56,553 bases of DNA from Nitrospirae bacterium JdFR-81 (GTDB lineage: Bacteria; Nitrospirota; Thermodesulfovibrionia; UBA6902). This document shows positions 1-10,122 of this stretch, piece after piece (within the stretch, counting starts at the first letter, position 1; each line of letters opens with the position of its first letter). The notes below the pieces were generated by a model. That model saw only the letters and a list, made by a program, of their open reading frames with translations. It was not told the origin of the DNA and did no database searches. The stretch is taken from NCBI GenBank assembly GCA_002011735.1, contig MTOQ01000013.1:1-56553 (forward strand). Reading direction: 5' to 3'. The position numbers and the translations under genes are program-made.

Positions 1-145
1 AGAGGCTTCTTCTTTATCCCTGGGGACGAAGGGTCTGATATTCCTCCTCTTCCATGGTTTATTATTCTCACAGTGGATACTATGTCCTAACCGGAAAGAG
101 ATACTTCTTTTGACTTTTTGCCTCTTTTCACTTTAATATAAGACC

Positions 146-799
146 ATGGCCGGCGAGATCTCTATCATATCCCTTGTCCTCAGGGCAGGACTGGTGGTGA
201 AGCTTGTGCTCCTGATACTCCTCTTCTTCTCGATATTCTCATGGGCCATCATCCTTTATAAATACAAGCTTTTTAAAAGGGTGGAGAGGGAGTCGGACGA
301 ATTCCAGAGCGCATTCCTGAAGAGCAAGGATATGGAGACGCTCTACCAGACCACCCGTTCGCTCAGACTCACCCCACTTGCAAACCTGTTCAGGGCTGTT
401 TATCCCTCAGAGGATGTGGACAGGGAGGCCATCAAGAGGTCACTGAAAAGGGTCGAGGCAACAGAGACGGCGAGGCTTGAAAGATATCTCACCTTCCTTG
501 CAACAACAGGCTCAACCACACCATTTATAGGCCTCTTTGGCACCGTGTGGGGGATCATGGACTCCTTCATAGGTATCGGAAGGATGGGTTCTGCGTCCCT
601 TGCTGTTGTTGCCCCTGGTATTGCAGAGGCGCTGATAGCGACCGCTGCGGGTCTGGCTGCTGCCGTGCCTGCTGTTATCGCCTATAATTATTACCTCAGC
701 AGGGTTCGCAGGAATGTCATAATGATGGAGGATTTCTCCCAGGAATTAATAGAGCACCTTGTGAGGAGGTATGGAGAGGCGAAGACAGGCGCTTTCTGA
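146..799 (+). CDS. tolQ: TolQ (MotA/TolQ/ExbB proton channel)
   Basis: Three TM segments, TTPFIGLFGTVWGIM and VAPGIAEALIATAAGL motifs; first gene of a tol-pal cluster. Confidence 0.93.
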   Translation: MAGEISIISLVLRAGLVVKLVLLILLFFSIFSWAIILYKYKLFKRVERESDEFQSAFLKSKDMETLYQTTRSLRLTPLANLFRAVYPSEDVDREAIKRSLKRVEATETARLERYLTFLATTGSTTPFIGLFGTVWGIMDSFIGIGRMGSASLAVVAPGIAEALIATAAGLAAAVPAVIAYNYYLSRVRRNVIMMEDFSQELIEHLVRRYGEAKTGAF

Positions 800-1160
800 G
801 ATCAATGTCACGCCCTTTGTTGATGTGATGCTGGTGTTGCTCGTCATATTCATGGCAACAGCGCCACTACTTCAGCAGGGTGTTGATGTAAACCTTCCAC
901 AGGCGACAGGTCAGGCCCTATCACCTGCCGAGAGGATAGTGATAACCATAAAGAAGGATGGCAGGATATTCCTGAATCGTTCTGTTGTGACAATCGACTC
1001 TTTAAAGACGCTACTTTCGGGCAGGAAGGAGAAGGAGGTCTTCCTCAAGGCTGACAGAGATGTGCCGTATGGCGTTGTTGTTGAGGTCATGGGAGAGCTG
1101 AAAGAGGCAGGGGTTGAGAGGCTGGGGATGGTGACAGAGCCCAAGACGCGCCTTAAATGA
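771..1160 (+). CDS. tolR: TolR/ExbD family protein
   Basis: EINVTPFVDVMLVLL motif; KADRDVPYGVVVEVM; overlaps tolQ. Confidence 0.92.
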   Translation: MERRRQALSEINVTPFVDVMLVLLVIFMATAPLLQQGVDVNLPQATGQALSPAERIVITIKKDGRIFLNRSVVTIDSLKTLLSGRKEKEVFLKADRDVPYGVVVEVMGELKEAGVERLGMVTEPKTRLK

Positions 1161-1894
1161 GGCTATCAACAGGAATCGATAAAGAACCAACCCTTCAAAG
1201 GTCTGTATTCCTCTCATCATTATTACACCTGTTTATCATCCTCTTTACCATCATCCCACTCAGGACAGGGGACAGGGAATTCAGGCATTACTATGTCAGG
1301 ATCGTAAGCCCCATGGAACTCGCCAGGCAGGGCGGACAGGGCCTGAGCAGGACGAGGAGGGCCATACCAAGGAAGAGGATACCACCACCAAAGAGCAGGT
1401 TCCGCAGAAAGAGGGTTATCCCGAAGAAGACTATAAAGACCCATGCTGTTAAAGAATCGAAGACGGCATTAAAGGCCGAAGAGATCATCGCAAAGGAGAT
1501 AGAGAGGCTGCGTGCGATAAAGGAGATAGAGAGGCACAGGATGAAGAGGGAGGAGGTGGAGATCATAAGGGAGAGTGTAGGTTCTGCATCTGCCGTAGAA
1601 GATGGGACGGCCGGTGAAGCCAAAGGGGTGGATGCTGACTCCTACTACGGGAGGGTGATAGAGATGATCAGTGACCAGTGGGCCTGGCCTCCTGAGATCG
1701 GCTCCCTTGACCTTGAGGTGATCATCTCCATAAGGATCGATGGCAGAGGGAACATAGTCTCACAGGAGATAGAGAAGTCATCAGGCAACCTCCAGTTTGA
1801 TCAGTCAGCGCTGAGGGCGATATCAAAGGCAAATCCGCTCCCTCCACCACCATTCGGCATAGAGACGGAGATCGGTGTGAGGTTTCGGCTGTGA
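1157..1894 (+). CDS. tolA: TolA-like protein with TonB C-terminal domain
   Basis: N-terminal TM with SxxxH (SSLLH), charged linker, C-terminal SSGNLQFDQSALRAI..ANPLPPPP; lies between tolR and tolB. Confidence 0.75.
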   Translation: MRLSTGIDKEPTLQRSVFLSSLLHLFIILFTIIPLRTGDREFRHYYVRIVSPMELARQGGQGLSRTRRAIPRKRIPPPKSRFRRKRVIPKKTIKTHAVKESKTALKAEEIIAKEIERLRAIKEIERHRMKREEVEIIRESVGSASAVEDGTAGEAKGVDADSYYGRVIEMISDQWAWPPEIGSLDLEVIISIRIDGRGNIVSQEIEKSSGNLQFDQSALRAISKANPLPPPPFGIETEIGVRFRL

Positions 1895-3147
1895 GGTCAG
1901 AGGACAGAAAACGCTTCCTGTGTCACAGAGGGAGGGTCACACCTTTATGGCCGGTCTCCTGGATCCTGTGTCTTGTCCTCCTCTTTCTTACCTCTACCTC
2001 TGACGCAAAGGTCTATCTCGATATAACATCACCAGGCCTGAGAAGACTGCCCATATCCATAATAGCCAGGGGGCCGAGGGAGGCCGAGGTAGTCCAGGGC
2101 ATAGTGAAGGATGACCTTTATTATACAGGCCTCTTCTCCGATGTCCCTCCTGACATCCCAGGGGCCGAGATAAGGGTGGAGATAGAGGTGAAGGCCTCGG
2201 AGAGGCTCGAATCCATTGTGAATGTGACGGACATGATAGAGGGAAGGGGCCTTCTTAAAAAGAGGTATGAGGCATCACCAAGGATAATCCGTGCCCTTGC
2301 ACACAGCATCTCAAATGACATATTTGAGGTTGTCACAGGGAGGAAGGGTGCGTTCAGGACGAGGATTGCATATATACAGATATCCCGGGGTAAAAGGGAG
2401 ATATACCTCATGGACTGGGATGGGCATAATCCAAGACCTCTCATCTCAGGGGGGTTGATATCCAGCCATCACTGGTCAATGGATGGGAGATACATCGTTT
2501 ATTCATCGGAAAGGGGGAGGAGGTGGAGGATATACCTGGTTGATCTCGAAAGATACAAGAAAGACCTGCTCTTTCAATCAAAGGGGCTCAACCTTGTCGG
2601 TAACATCTCCAGGAATGGTCAGGTTGTATTCTCCTCATCAAAGGACGGCAGTCCTGAGATATATATAATGGATATCAGGACAAAGGGCTATCGCAAATTG
2701 ACGCACTCCTATGGCATAGATGTCTCCCCTGTCCTTTCGCCTGACGGCACAAAGATTGCCTTTGTATCAGACAGGGGGGGGACACCACAGATATATGTTA
2801 TGGACATACAGAGCAGGGAGCTGAACAGGATCACATTCAATGGCAACTACAACACATCCCCAGCATGGTCACCGGATGGCGAATGGATTGCATACACAGG
2901 AAGGGTAAATGGCAAAAATCAGATATTCGTGGTAAAATCAGATGGGACAGAATTAAGACAGCTCACTGACACAGGGAATAATGAGGAGCCGAGTTTTTCA
3001 CCTGATGGCCTCTTCATAGCATTCGATTCGGACAGAGAGGGCAGATGGGGAGTATATGTGATGCGCATCAATGGTGAAGGACAGAGGAGGATCTCTCCAG
3101 ATGGCGTAGTGGCAAGATCACCCGAATGGTCGCCCTATAAGGAGTGA
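1891..3147 (+). CDS. tolB: TolB beta-propeller protein
   Basis: Repeated PD40 motifs (SPDGTKIAFVSDR, PAWSPDG, PSFSPDG); exact start uncertain. Confidence 0.9.
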   Translation: MRSEDRKRFLCHRGRVTPLWPVSWILCLVLLFLTSTSDAKVYLDITSPGLRRLPISIIARGPREAEVVQGIVKDDLYYTGLFSDVPPDIPGAEIRVEIEVKASERLESIVNVTDMIEGRGLLKKRYEASPRIIRALAHSISNDIFEVVTGRKGAFRTRIAYIQISRGKREIYLMDWDGHNPRPLISGGLISSHHWSMDGRYIVYSSERGRRWRIYLVDLERYKKDLLFQSKGLNLVGNISRNGQVVFSSSKDGSPEIYIMDIRTKGYRKLTHSYGIDVSPVLSPDGTKIAFVSDRGGTPQIYVMDIQSRELNRITFNGNYNTSPAWSPDGEWIAYTGRVNGKNQIFVVKSDGTELRQLTDTGNNEEPSFSPDGLFIAFDSDREGRWGVYVMRINGEGQRRISPDGVVARSPEWSPYKE

Positions 3148-3182
3148 GAATAAGGAACAATAATTATATAAGGAGGTAAGGG

Positions 3183-3731
3183 ATGAAGAAGCTTCTTATC
3201 ATCATGATGGTCTTTCTGGCATTTGGCTGTGCCAAAAAGTATGTGAAGGGAACCGCTGAGACCCCTGCCAAGGAAGAGGCAGTGACCAAGGGGGCAGGAG
3301 CGCCTGAGAAGGAAGTGGTGGAGGAGGGGCTCTATGCCACCAAGGAGGGCAAGGTTGGCGAGGAGGAGATCATCGAGGCAGGTATGGCTGGAAGGGAGGA
3401 CGTCTTCAAAGATATATACTTTGATTTCGACAGGTATGACATAAGGGCTGACGCAAGGCCTGTGCTTGATGAGATAGCCACATGGATGAATAAGAATACG
3501 GATACAAACATCATCATAGAGGGGCACTGTGACGAGAGGGGGACAAACGAATACAACCTCGCACTGGGCGAGAAGAGGGCAAAGGCAACAAGAGACTACC
3601 TCATCTCCCTTGGCGTCTCTCCATCAAGGATCACCATTGTCACATATGGTGAGGAGAGGCCTCAGTGCACCGAACATAATGAAGCCTGCTGGCAGCTGAA
3701 CAGAAGGGCACACTTTGTGGTGACGGAGTAG
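3183..3731 (+). CDS. pal: Peptidoglycan-associated lipoprotein Pal
   Basis: Lipobox AFGC; IYFDFD, IEGHCDERGTNEYNLALGEKRA, NRRAHF; strong SD AAGGAGG. Confidence 0.95.
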   Translation: MKKLLIIMMVFLAFGCAKKYVKGTAETPAKEEAVTKGAGAPEKEVVEEGLYATKEGKVGEEEIIEAGMAGREDVFKDIYFDFDRYDIRADARPVLDEIATWMNKNTDTNIIIEGHCDERGTNEYNLALGEKRAKATRDYLISLGVSPSRITIVTYGEERPQCTEHNEACWQLNRRAHFVVTE

Positions 3732-3734
3732 CCG

Positions 3735-4607
3735 TTGTCTCCTATGTATAGGTTCAAGGGTCATACATGGCTGAGCCCTGTGCCATTCCTGCTGATCCTC
3801 ATCCTCTATAGATGCGCCTCCTCAGGCCTTGGCATCGCCACATCAGATGATGTGGGTAAACTCCAGTGGATGCTCAATAACCTGAGGACCGATCTGAACG
3901 CCCTTGAAAAGAGGGTGAGTGCCCTTGAGGCCCGACTGCCCGAGGGCCAGGACATCAAGCAGATACAGGATTCACAGAAGGCGACGGCAAAGTCCGTATC
4001 AGACCTGCTCTTCAAGACCCAGTCCCTCACCACCGAGCTACAGAGGATAACAGGTAGGCTTGAAGAGCTGAGCCATTCACAGAGGATGCTGAACAAGAGG
4101 GACGAGGCCATACAGAACGAACTGGCCAAGATCAAGCTCTCCATTGCGGATATGAAGAAGAGGCTCGATCAGTTAACCCCTCCCAAGACCCCTGAAGAGG
4201 CCGAAAGACCTCAGGAGGCAAAGACGGAAAAGAAAACCGATGATAAAGGACTGTATATGTCAGCATATGAGACATTCAAGGCAGGGAAGATGGACGAGGC
4301 AAGAAGGATGTTCAACACCCTCCTCAGGGAATACCCTGACAGTGAATATGCTGACAACGCCAGGTTCTGGATCGGTGAGACCTACTATAAAGAAGGCAAA
4401 TATGAGGACGCCATACTCGCATATGAGGAGCTGTTCAGGAAGAACCCTGACAGTGAGAAGGTCCCTGGTGCCATGCTCAAGCAGGGGCTTGCCTTCTATG
4501 CATTAAAGGACAGAAAGACGGGCAGGCTCATCCTGGAGAGGTTGATCGAGAAGTTCCCCGATTCAGAGCAGGCAAGGATCGCAAGGAAGAAGCTCAAGGA
4601 ACACTGA
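3735..4607 (+). CDS. cpoB: Tol-Pal system protein CpoB/YbgF
   Basis: Coiled coil followed by TPR (YPDSEYADNARFWIGE, KVPGAMLKQG); follows pal. Confidence 0.88.
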   Translation: MSPMYRFKGHTWLSPVPFLLILILYRCASSGLGIATSDDVGKLQWMLNNLRTDLNALEKRVSALEARLPEGQDIKQIQDSQKATAKSVSDLLFKTQSLTTELQRITGRLEELSHSQRMLNKRDEAIQNELAKIKLSIADMKKRLDQLTPPKTPEEAERPQEAKTEKKTDDKGLYMSAYETFKAGKMDEARRMFNTLLREYPDSEYADNARFWIGETYYKEGKYEDAILAYEELFRKNPDSEKVPGAMLKQGLAFYALKDRKTGRLILERLIEKFPDSEQARIARKKLKEH

Positions 4608-4609
4608 GC

Positions 4610-5593
4610 ATGCATGACCCCAGGGGAAGAGAGATCGACTATCTCCGCATATCTGTGACTGACAGATGCAACCTCAGGTGCTTCTATTGTATGCCCTCCG
4701 AAGGTGTAAAACCCATACTCCATAAAGAGATACTCACCTATGAAGAGATAACAAGGATCGTCAGGATCGCTGCCCCCATAGGGATCAGGAAGGTGAGGCT
4801 TACAGGTGGTGAACCCCTTGCGAGGAAGAACATCGCCTTCCTCGTCGCCTCGCTCAAATCCATAGATGGCATAGAAAACCTAAGCCTCACCACAAACGGT
4901 GTGCTACTTGAGAGATACGCAGAGGAGCTCGTCAGTGCGGGCCTCGACAGGGTGAATGTAAGCCTCGACTCACTCAGGCCTGACAGATACAGGGAGATCA
5001 CAAGGGGTGGTTCACTTGAGCAGGTCTTGAGGGGCATTGAAAAGGCACATGAGGCCGGTCTGAGACCTGTAAGGATAAACATGGTTCCCATAAGGGGATA
5101 CAATGATGATGAGATAGAGGAATTTGCAAGGATCACGCTCCAGAAGCCCTATCAGATCCGTTTCATAGAGTTCATGCCTGCAGGCTCAGGGGAGTTATGG
5201 AGCCCTGAAAAGTACGTGCCTGTTGACGAGATAAAATCCATCGTTGGAAGGATAGGAAGGCTGACACCTGTCAAGCTCAGGAGGTCAGGGCCTGCAAGAT
5301 ACTTCAGGTTTGATGGTGCACCAGGTGTGGTCGGTTTCATCAATGCAGTGAGCCACAAGTTTTGCAGAGAGTGTAATCGCCTCCGCCTCACAGCAGATGG
5401 AAAGCTGAGGCCTTGTCTGTTTGCCGAGACAGAGATAGACCTAAAGACACCCATGAGGAGTGGTGTGCCTGACAGGGAGATAGAGAGGCTCATCAGGCTG
5501 TCCATCGAGGTCAAGCCAGAGGAACACAACATAGGCTGCAGGGATGGGGCACCATTTCCAAAGCTGAGGCCCATGTCAAAGATAGGGGGTTAG
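4610..5593 (+). CDS. moaA: GTP 3',8-cyclase MoaA (radical SAM)
   Basis: YLRISVTDRCNLRCFYCMP, C-terminal CxxCNRLRLTADG..PC, terminal MSKIGG. Confidence 0.96.
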   Translation: MHDPRGREIDYLRISVTDRCNLRCFYCMPSEGVKPILHKEILTYEEITRIVRIAAPIGIRKVRLTGGEPLARKNIAFLVASLKSIDGIENLSLTTNGVLLERYAEELVSAGLDRVNVSLDSLRPDRYREITRGGSLEQVLRGIEKAHEAGLRPVRINMVPIRGYNDDEIEEFARITLQKPYQIRFIEFMPAGSGELWSPEKYVPVDEIKSIVGRIGRLTPVKLRRSGPARYFRFDGAPGVVGFINAVSHKFCRECNRLRLTADGKLRPCLFAETEIDLKTPMRSGVPDREIERLIRLSIEVKPEEHNIGCRDGAPFPKLRPMSKIGG

Positions 5594-7980
5594 TGTTAGC
5601 GGTAACCCTATCCTTCATATGTGGTATAGCCATACATAGATTCCTCCCCCTGTTTCCCCTTTCAATCCTCACACTCGCTGCCATCTCGTTCCTGCTCATC
5701 TACAGGATCAACAGGAAGAGGGCATTGATTATAATGGCCTTTCTTGCCTTCGGGTTTATATACACATGGCTGAGATCAGAACCATATCCCGAGACGGATC
5801 TTCCAGATAGAGGGTCTTCACTGACAGGCATGATCAATGACGTCCCTGAGATAAAGGATGGAACATTAAGCCTTACAGTGGATCGGGTCTCTATAAATGG
5901 CATGAGGCTCGATGGAAGGGTCATGCTCTTTGCGGATGCACAGGAGATGAACCGTATACCGGAAAGCGGAGACATCATCACTGCATTCGTGAGGCTCAAA
6001 AGGCCGTTGATCTTCAAAAACCCAGGGGTATATACCTATGACCCGAGGAGGCGTGGAATCCTGGCATCAGGAAGTGTGTCATTCCTCAGGATAACAGGTT
6101 CAGCAGGAGGGCTGAGGAACGCTATTAACAATGAGAGACAGAGGCTTGGCTGGATAATAGACAGGAGCCTCTCCCCCCGGAGCGCATCGCTCATCAAGGC
6201 CATAATACCTGGCCTAAAGAGGGGGATAGATAAGGGGGTGAGGGACGACTTCAGCAGGACAGGCCTTGCCCATCTGCTCAGTATCTCCGGAACACACTTC
6301 GGTCTCCTTGCCTTTCTACTCTTTAAGGTGGTGAGGATGATCATAAGACTGTTTCCCCTGAGGATACTCAATAGACTGACCCTGTATGTAACACCCTCTC
6401 AGATATCCATATTATTGACCATGCCCGTCCTCCTGCTCTATGCAGGCATCTCAGGCGCAAGTATACCGACCATACGCTCACTCATCATGATCTCGATTTA
6501 CATGACCGCCCTGTTCATGGGTAGGAGGGATCAGTGGCTCAACTCCCTGTCCATCGCAGCGTTCATCATCCTGCTCTGGAACCCCTCTGCCCTCTTTGAG
6601 ATATCCTTTCTGCTCTCCTTCCTTGCTGTGCTCTCCATAGGGCTTGTGCTGGAGAGGATGGCACCCGTGCGTGAGGAGGCAGAGACCAGGAGAGAGGGGA
6701 TCATCAGGTATCTAAAGACCGCCTCCCTCATAACCCTCTCGGCCGTGCTTGGCACAGCACCATTTATAATCCTCTACTTCAAACAGTTCCCGATTATATC
6801 GCCTGTCACAAACCTCCTGATCACTCCGATCGTATGCTTTGTGATCCTCCCGCTTGGTTTTGTATCATGTTTCACAGCACTCATCCTTGGCCTAAGCTCA
6901 TTACCGTTCAATCATCTGATAGACTCCATCACAGGATTTACGATCAAGCTTGTGGGGCTCTTCGCAGATATACCGTTTGCAGGGGTGCACCTGCACAATC
7001 CCTCCCACCTTCTAATAGTGCTCTATTACCTCTCTATCATCTTAATAGTCATGCATAACCACAGGTTGAGGTTTCTTCCATTGGGTATGGTGATATTCCT
7101 CTTCCTCATAAGACCACACATCCATGGTCATGAAATGAGGATCACCATCCTTGATGTAGGTCAGGGAGACTCGTCGGTTATTGAACTGCCTGACGGCAGG
7201 GTGATGCTCATAGATGGTGGTCCACAGGGGAGTGATGCAGGGAGGAGGGTGGTTGCACCTTACCTCTGGTCAAGGGGCATAGGAGAGATCGACATCCTTG
7301 TCCTGAGCCATCCCCATTATGACCATTATGGGGGCCTCCTCTATATACTCGATAATCTCGACGTAGGAGAGGTATGGCTCAACGGAAGGTTTGTGGAGGA
7401 TGCATTGCCCTTCTTTGAGAAGCTCGTCGAAAAGAGCATACCATACAGGATACTGAGGAGAGGAGACTCATTCTCAACAGGAGACTACATGATCATCATC
7501 CTTCACCCATACGATGGCTTTTATGCAGACTCAGAAAGGGGAGGCTTCTCAGATGAAAACAACGATTCCCTTGTATTAAAGATACAGGCAGGGGACTTCT
7601 CCATGCTCTTCCCAGGGGACATAGAGTCAGAGGCAGAGAGGGACATCCTGCACCTTGGCAGGTGGTTAAGGAGTGATATAATCAAGGTCCCCCATCATGG
7701 CGGGAAGATCTCAAGCACACCAGGGTTTATTGCCTCTGTTGACCCCGATGTGGCGATTATAAGTGTCGGAGAGGGGAACACATTCAACCATCCCCACAGG
7801 GAGGCGATCGAGAGATACCTTCGGAGAGGTGTAAGACTCTACAGGACAGACAGAGACGGCGCCGTCATCATAACCACAAAGGATGGTGAATACTCAATAA
7901 AGACCTACAGAGACTATCAGTTCAAGGAAGTCTCTAACATATATGATGAGATACACAACCTCAAACTCCTCTATCACTGA
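5593..7980 (+). CDS. comEC: DNA uptake channel ComEC/Rec2 with MBL domain
   Basis: GLAHLLSISGTH competence motif; LDVGQGD, SHPHYDHYGG, KVPHHG, RTDRDG. Confidence 0.93.
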   Translation: MLAVTLSFICGIAIHRFLPLFPLSILTLAAISFLLIYRINRKRALIIMAFLAFGFIYTWLRSEPYPETDLPDRGSSLTGMINDVPEIKDGTLSLTVDRVSINGMRLDGRVMLFADAQEMNRIPESGDIITAFVRLKRPLIFKNPGVYTYDPRRRGILASGSVSFLRITGSAGGLRNAINNERQRLGWIIDRSLSPRSASLIKAIIPGLKRGIDKGVRDDFSRTGLAHLLSISGTHFGLLAFLLFKVVRMIIRLFPLRILNRLTLYVTPSQISILLTMPVLLLYAGISGASIPTIRSLIMISIYMTALFMGRRDQWLNSLSIAAFIILLWNPSALFEISFLLSFLAVLSIGLVLERMAPVREEAETRREGIIRYLKTASLITLSAVLGTAPFIILYFKQFPIISPVTNLLITPIVCFVILPLGFVSCFTALILGLSSLPFNHLIDSITGFTIKLVGLFADIPFAGVHLHNPSHLLIVLYYLSIILIVMHNHRLRFLPLGMVIFLFLIRPHIHGHEMRITILDVGQGDSSVIELPDGRVMLIDGGPQGSDAGRRVVAPYLWSRGIGEIDILVLSHPHYDHYGGLLYILDNLDVGEVWLNGRFVEDALPFFEKLVEKSIPYRILRRGDSFSTGDYMIIILHPYDGFYADSERGGFSDENNDSLVLKIQAGDFSMLFPGDIESEAERDILHLGRWLRSDIIKVPHHGGKISSTPGFIASVDPDVAIISVGEGNTFNHPHREAIERYLRRGVRLYRTDRDGAVIITTKDGEYSIKTYRDYQFKEVSNIYDEIHNLKLLYH

Positions 7981-8485
7981 TCATCCTCTTAATCCTCTCA
8001 ACCGCCTCCTCAGGGGTCTCCCTGTCTGTATGAATAATTAACTCCGGTTCTACCGGCTCCTCGTATGGCACGGTCCTGCCAGGGACAGGCCATCCCCTCT
8101 CGGCCTTTTTATATATATCCTTCGGTGCACCATGTGTCTCCATCCTCTGCCCTTCTCGTTTAATGCATGTCTCAATAGGACACTCCAGATAGACCTCAAA
8201 GAACTCAGGGATAACCGATCTTGCAAGCTCCCTCCACCTTCTCCTGTTTCCTGTGGCATCAATAACCACATTATGTCCTGCCTCATAGAGTTTCTTGGCG
8301 GTATAGACAATACTTCTATAAACATACTCCCTCTCTGTATCCGAGTAAGAAGGATCGGGCGTCACAATACTCCTCAGCTCATCCATATTCAGCACAACCA
8401 CATCCTCAAACCCATCCCTCAACCTGTATGCTATGGTGCTCTTGCCACTGCCTGGCAGACCCGTTATCCACATAACCCAAGGCAT
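7961..8485 (-). CDS. cysC: Adenylyl-sulfate kinase-like P-loop kinase
   Basis: WITGLPGSGKST, FFEVYLECP, YEEP. Start moved to ATG 8485, which lies 6 nt after a TATAAT and avoids overlap with the divergent gene. Confidence 0.75.
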   Translation of the reverse strand: MPWVMWITGLPGSGKSTIAYRLRDGFEDVVVLNMDELRSIVTPDPSYSDTEREYVYRSIVYTAKKLYEAGHNVVIDATGNRRRWRELARSVIPEFFEVYLECPIETCIKREGQRMETHGAPKDIYKKAERGWPVPGRTVPYEEPVEPELIIHTDRETPEEAVERIKRMISDRGV

Positions 8486-8546
8486 GGATATATTATATAC
8501 TTTTTCCTTTATCAATCTTCCCCCTTTTGTTAAAATTTTTATTGTC

Positions 8547-9500
8547 ATGAAGAAGACGATACTGACGATGTTATTGCTTGTCCTCCCCTTCACAAACGCC
8601 CAATCCTTTGATGGCCCCCTGCAGGTGAGAAATCAACTCCCCATATTCCTCCATGCTGACCAGCCCTATATCGAGAAGGCAGGGGTCGAGGACTCGCTCT
8701 CATTGAGCCTCTCCCACTCAAGCACATATATAGTGCAGGCCTCACAGGACTGGGTAATCAACCTGGACATGGAGACAACAGAACTCAACATGAGGCTTAA
8801 AAAGGTCGTTAACGGGATGGAGTTAAACATTGATGTGCCGTTATTAATCCTCAGCGATGGATTCATGGACGGCTTTCTTGATCTCTATCACAGCACATTC
8901 GGTTTTAACGACTATGGAAGACCGAACAGGCCATTAAACAGCTTTCTCTATGAGATAAAAAGGGAGGGGATAAGGATCATAAAGGGAGAAGAGGGGATCG
9001 GGCTCGGAGACATAAGGGTTGGAGTCAAGAGGTTATTATATTCAGGTGATGGATTAAACATAGGGGTCAGGGGCGGTGTGGAGCTTCCTACAGGAGATGC
9101 CGACAAGGGGTTTGGTAACGGAGGGCTTGATACAGACATCGCCTTACTGATAGACAAGGCAATATCAGGGAGGATCATGACCTACATTAATATCGGCGCC
9201 GTGCATACAGGCGACCTCAGGACATCAGAAAGGCTGACCCTCAGAGATTTCCTCTATGCCGGCATTGCCGTTGAGGGGATGGTAAACAGGAGACTGGGCC
9301 TCCTTGTCCAGCTCGAAGGACACCCCTCAATCTATCCCGAAACAGGCCTTGAGGCCGTTGATACATGTGCATGCCTTCTTGCATTCGGCGGCAGGTATTA
9401 CAGGGCAGAGGATACCATCGAGTTTTCGATCACAGAGGATATAAGTGCAGGCTCAGCGCCTGACTTTATTATTAACATCACATACAAAAAGGAGATTTAA
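8547..9500 (+). CDS. Putative outer-membrane beta-barrel protein (DUF3187-like)
   Basis: Signal peptide MKKTIL..., GPLQVRNQLP, GFMDGFLDLYH, GLGDI..ELPTGD, SAPDF near the C-terminus; start reassigned to 8547. Confidence 0.65.
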   Translation: MKKTILTMLLLVLPFTNAQSFDGPLQVRNQLPIFLHADQPYIEKAGVEDSLSLSLSHSSTYIVQASQDWVINLDMETTELNMRLKKVVNGMELNIDVPLLILSDGFMDGFLDLYHSTFGFNDYGRPNRPLNSFLYEIKREGIRIIKGEEGIGLGDIRVGVKRLLYSGDGLNIGVRGGVELPTGDADKGFGNGGLDTDIALLIDKAISGRIMTYINIGAVHTGDLRTSERLTLRDFLYAGIAVEGMVNRRLGLLVQLEGHPSIYPETGLEAVDTCACLLAFGGRYYRAEDTIEFSITEDISAGSAPDFIINITYKKEI

Positions 9501-9501
9501 G

Positions 9502-9864
9502 ATGCAACATGAAAGACTCATTCATGACTGGATGGTCTCACACCTCAAACATCGTCTATCAAGAGATTACAGGGATATCAGGGTCAACCACGGAGGAGAA
9601 CAGAAGAACGAGTTTAAGGGGCACTATCCTGACCTCATCCTCGGCAACCATGGGCTCGTCCTTGCAGTCATGGAGGTCGAGACAGAGGAGAGTATAACCC
9701 CTCAAAAGGCCGAGGAATGGAAGGAGCTCTCAGGCCTTGGTGTCAAACTGATCCTCATGGTCCCAAAGCCTTCAAGGGCAAAGACCCTTGACCTCCTCTG
9801 GAAGGCAGGGATAGCAGACAGGGTATCTGTGGGCACATATGAGATAAATATAAATATGCCGTGA
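9502..9864 (+). CDS. Hypothetical protein, possible PD-(D/E)xK-like fold
   Basis: AAGGAG SD before ATG 9502; YPDLIL...MEVET pattern. Confidence 0.6.
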   Translation: MQHERLIHDWMVSHLKHRLSRDYRDIRVNHGGEQKNEFKGHYPDLILGNHGLVLAVMEVETEESITPQKAEEWKELSGLGVKLILMVPKPSRAKTLDLLWKAGIADRVSVGTYEININMP

Positions 9865-10062
9865 ATACCGATTCACATTCGCCCTGTCTCAATTGACAAA
9901 TCCTATTGTGGAGTGTGAGGGCTGATCGAATTAATCCAGAAACGGGACATTAGAAGAAGAGATAACTACCAAAAAATCTTTAAAATTCCTTCGTACTGAT
10001 AACCCCCACCTAAATCTTCCCTGGTTTGAAGAGATAATCCCGGGCCAATTATGCTGATTCAA

Positions 10063-10103
10063 ACTGCCACACTGGTGGCAGTGAGGGTATAATATAATAC
10101 CCT
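10063..10103 (+). promoter_or_regulatory. Candidate WYL-regulator operator and -10 region
   Basis: Dyad ACTGCCAC-N4-GTGGCAGT (10063-10082), then AGGGTAT-N6-ATACCCT (10084-10103) enclosing TATAATATAAT, 20 nt upstream of the WYL gene. Confidence 0.6.
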
Positions 10104-10122
10104 AAAAGGGTGGTATGGGATA

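Noticed and set aside
1-75. Start of a minus-strand gene running off the window edge
   Set aside because: Too short to support a call.
8433-8593. Overlapping 5' extensions of the divergent cysC-like and beta-barrel ORFs
   Set aside because: Downstream ATGs (8485 and 8547) fit the domain starts and remove the overlap.
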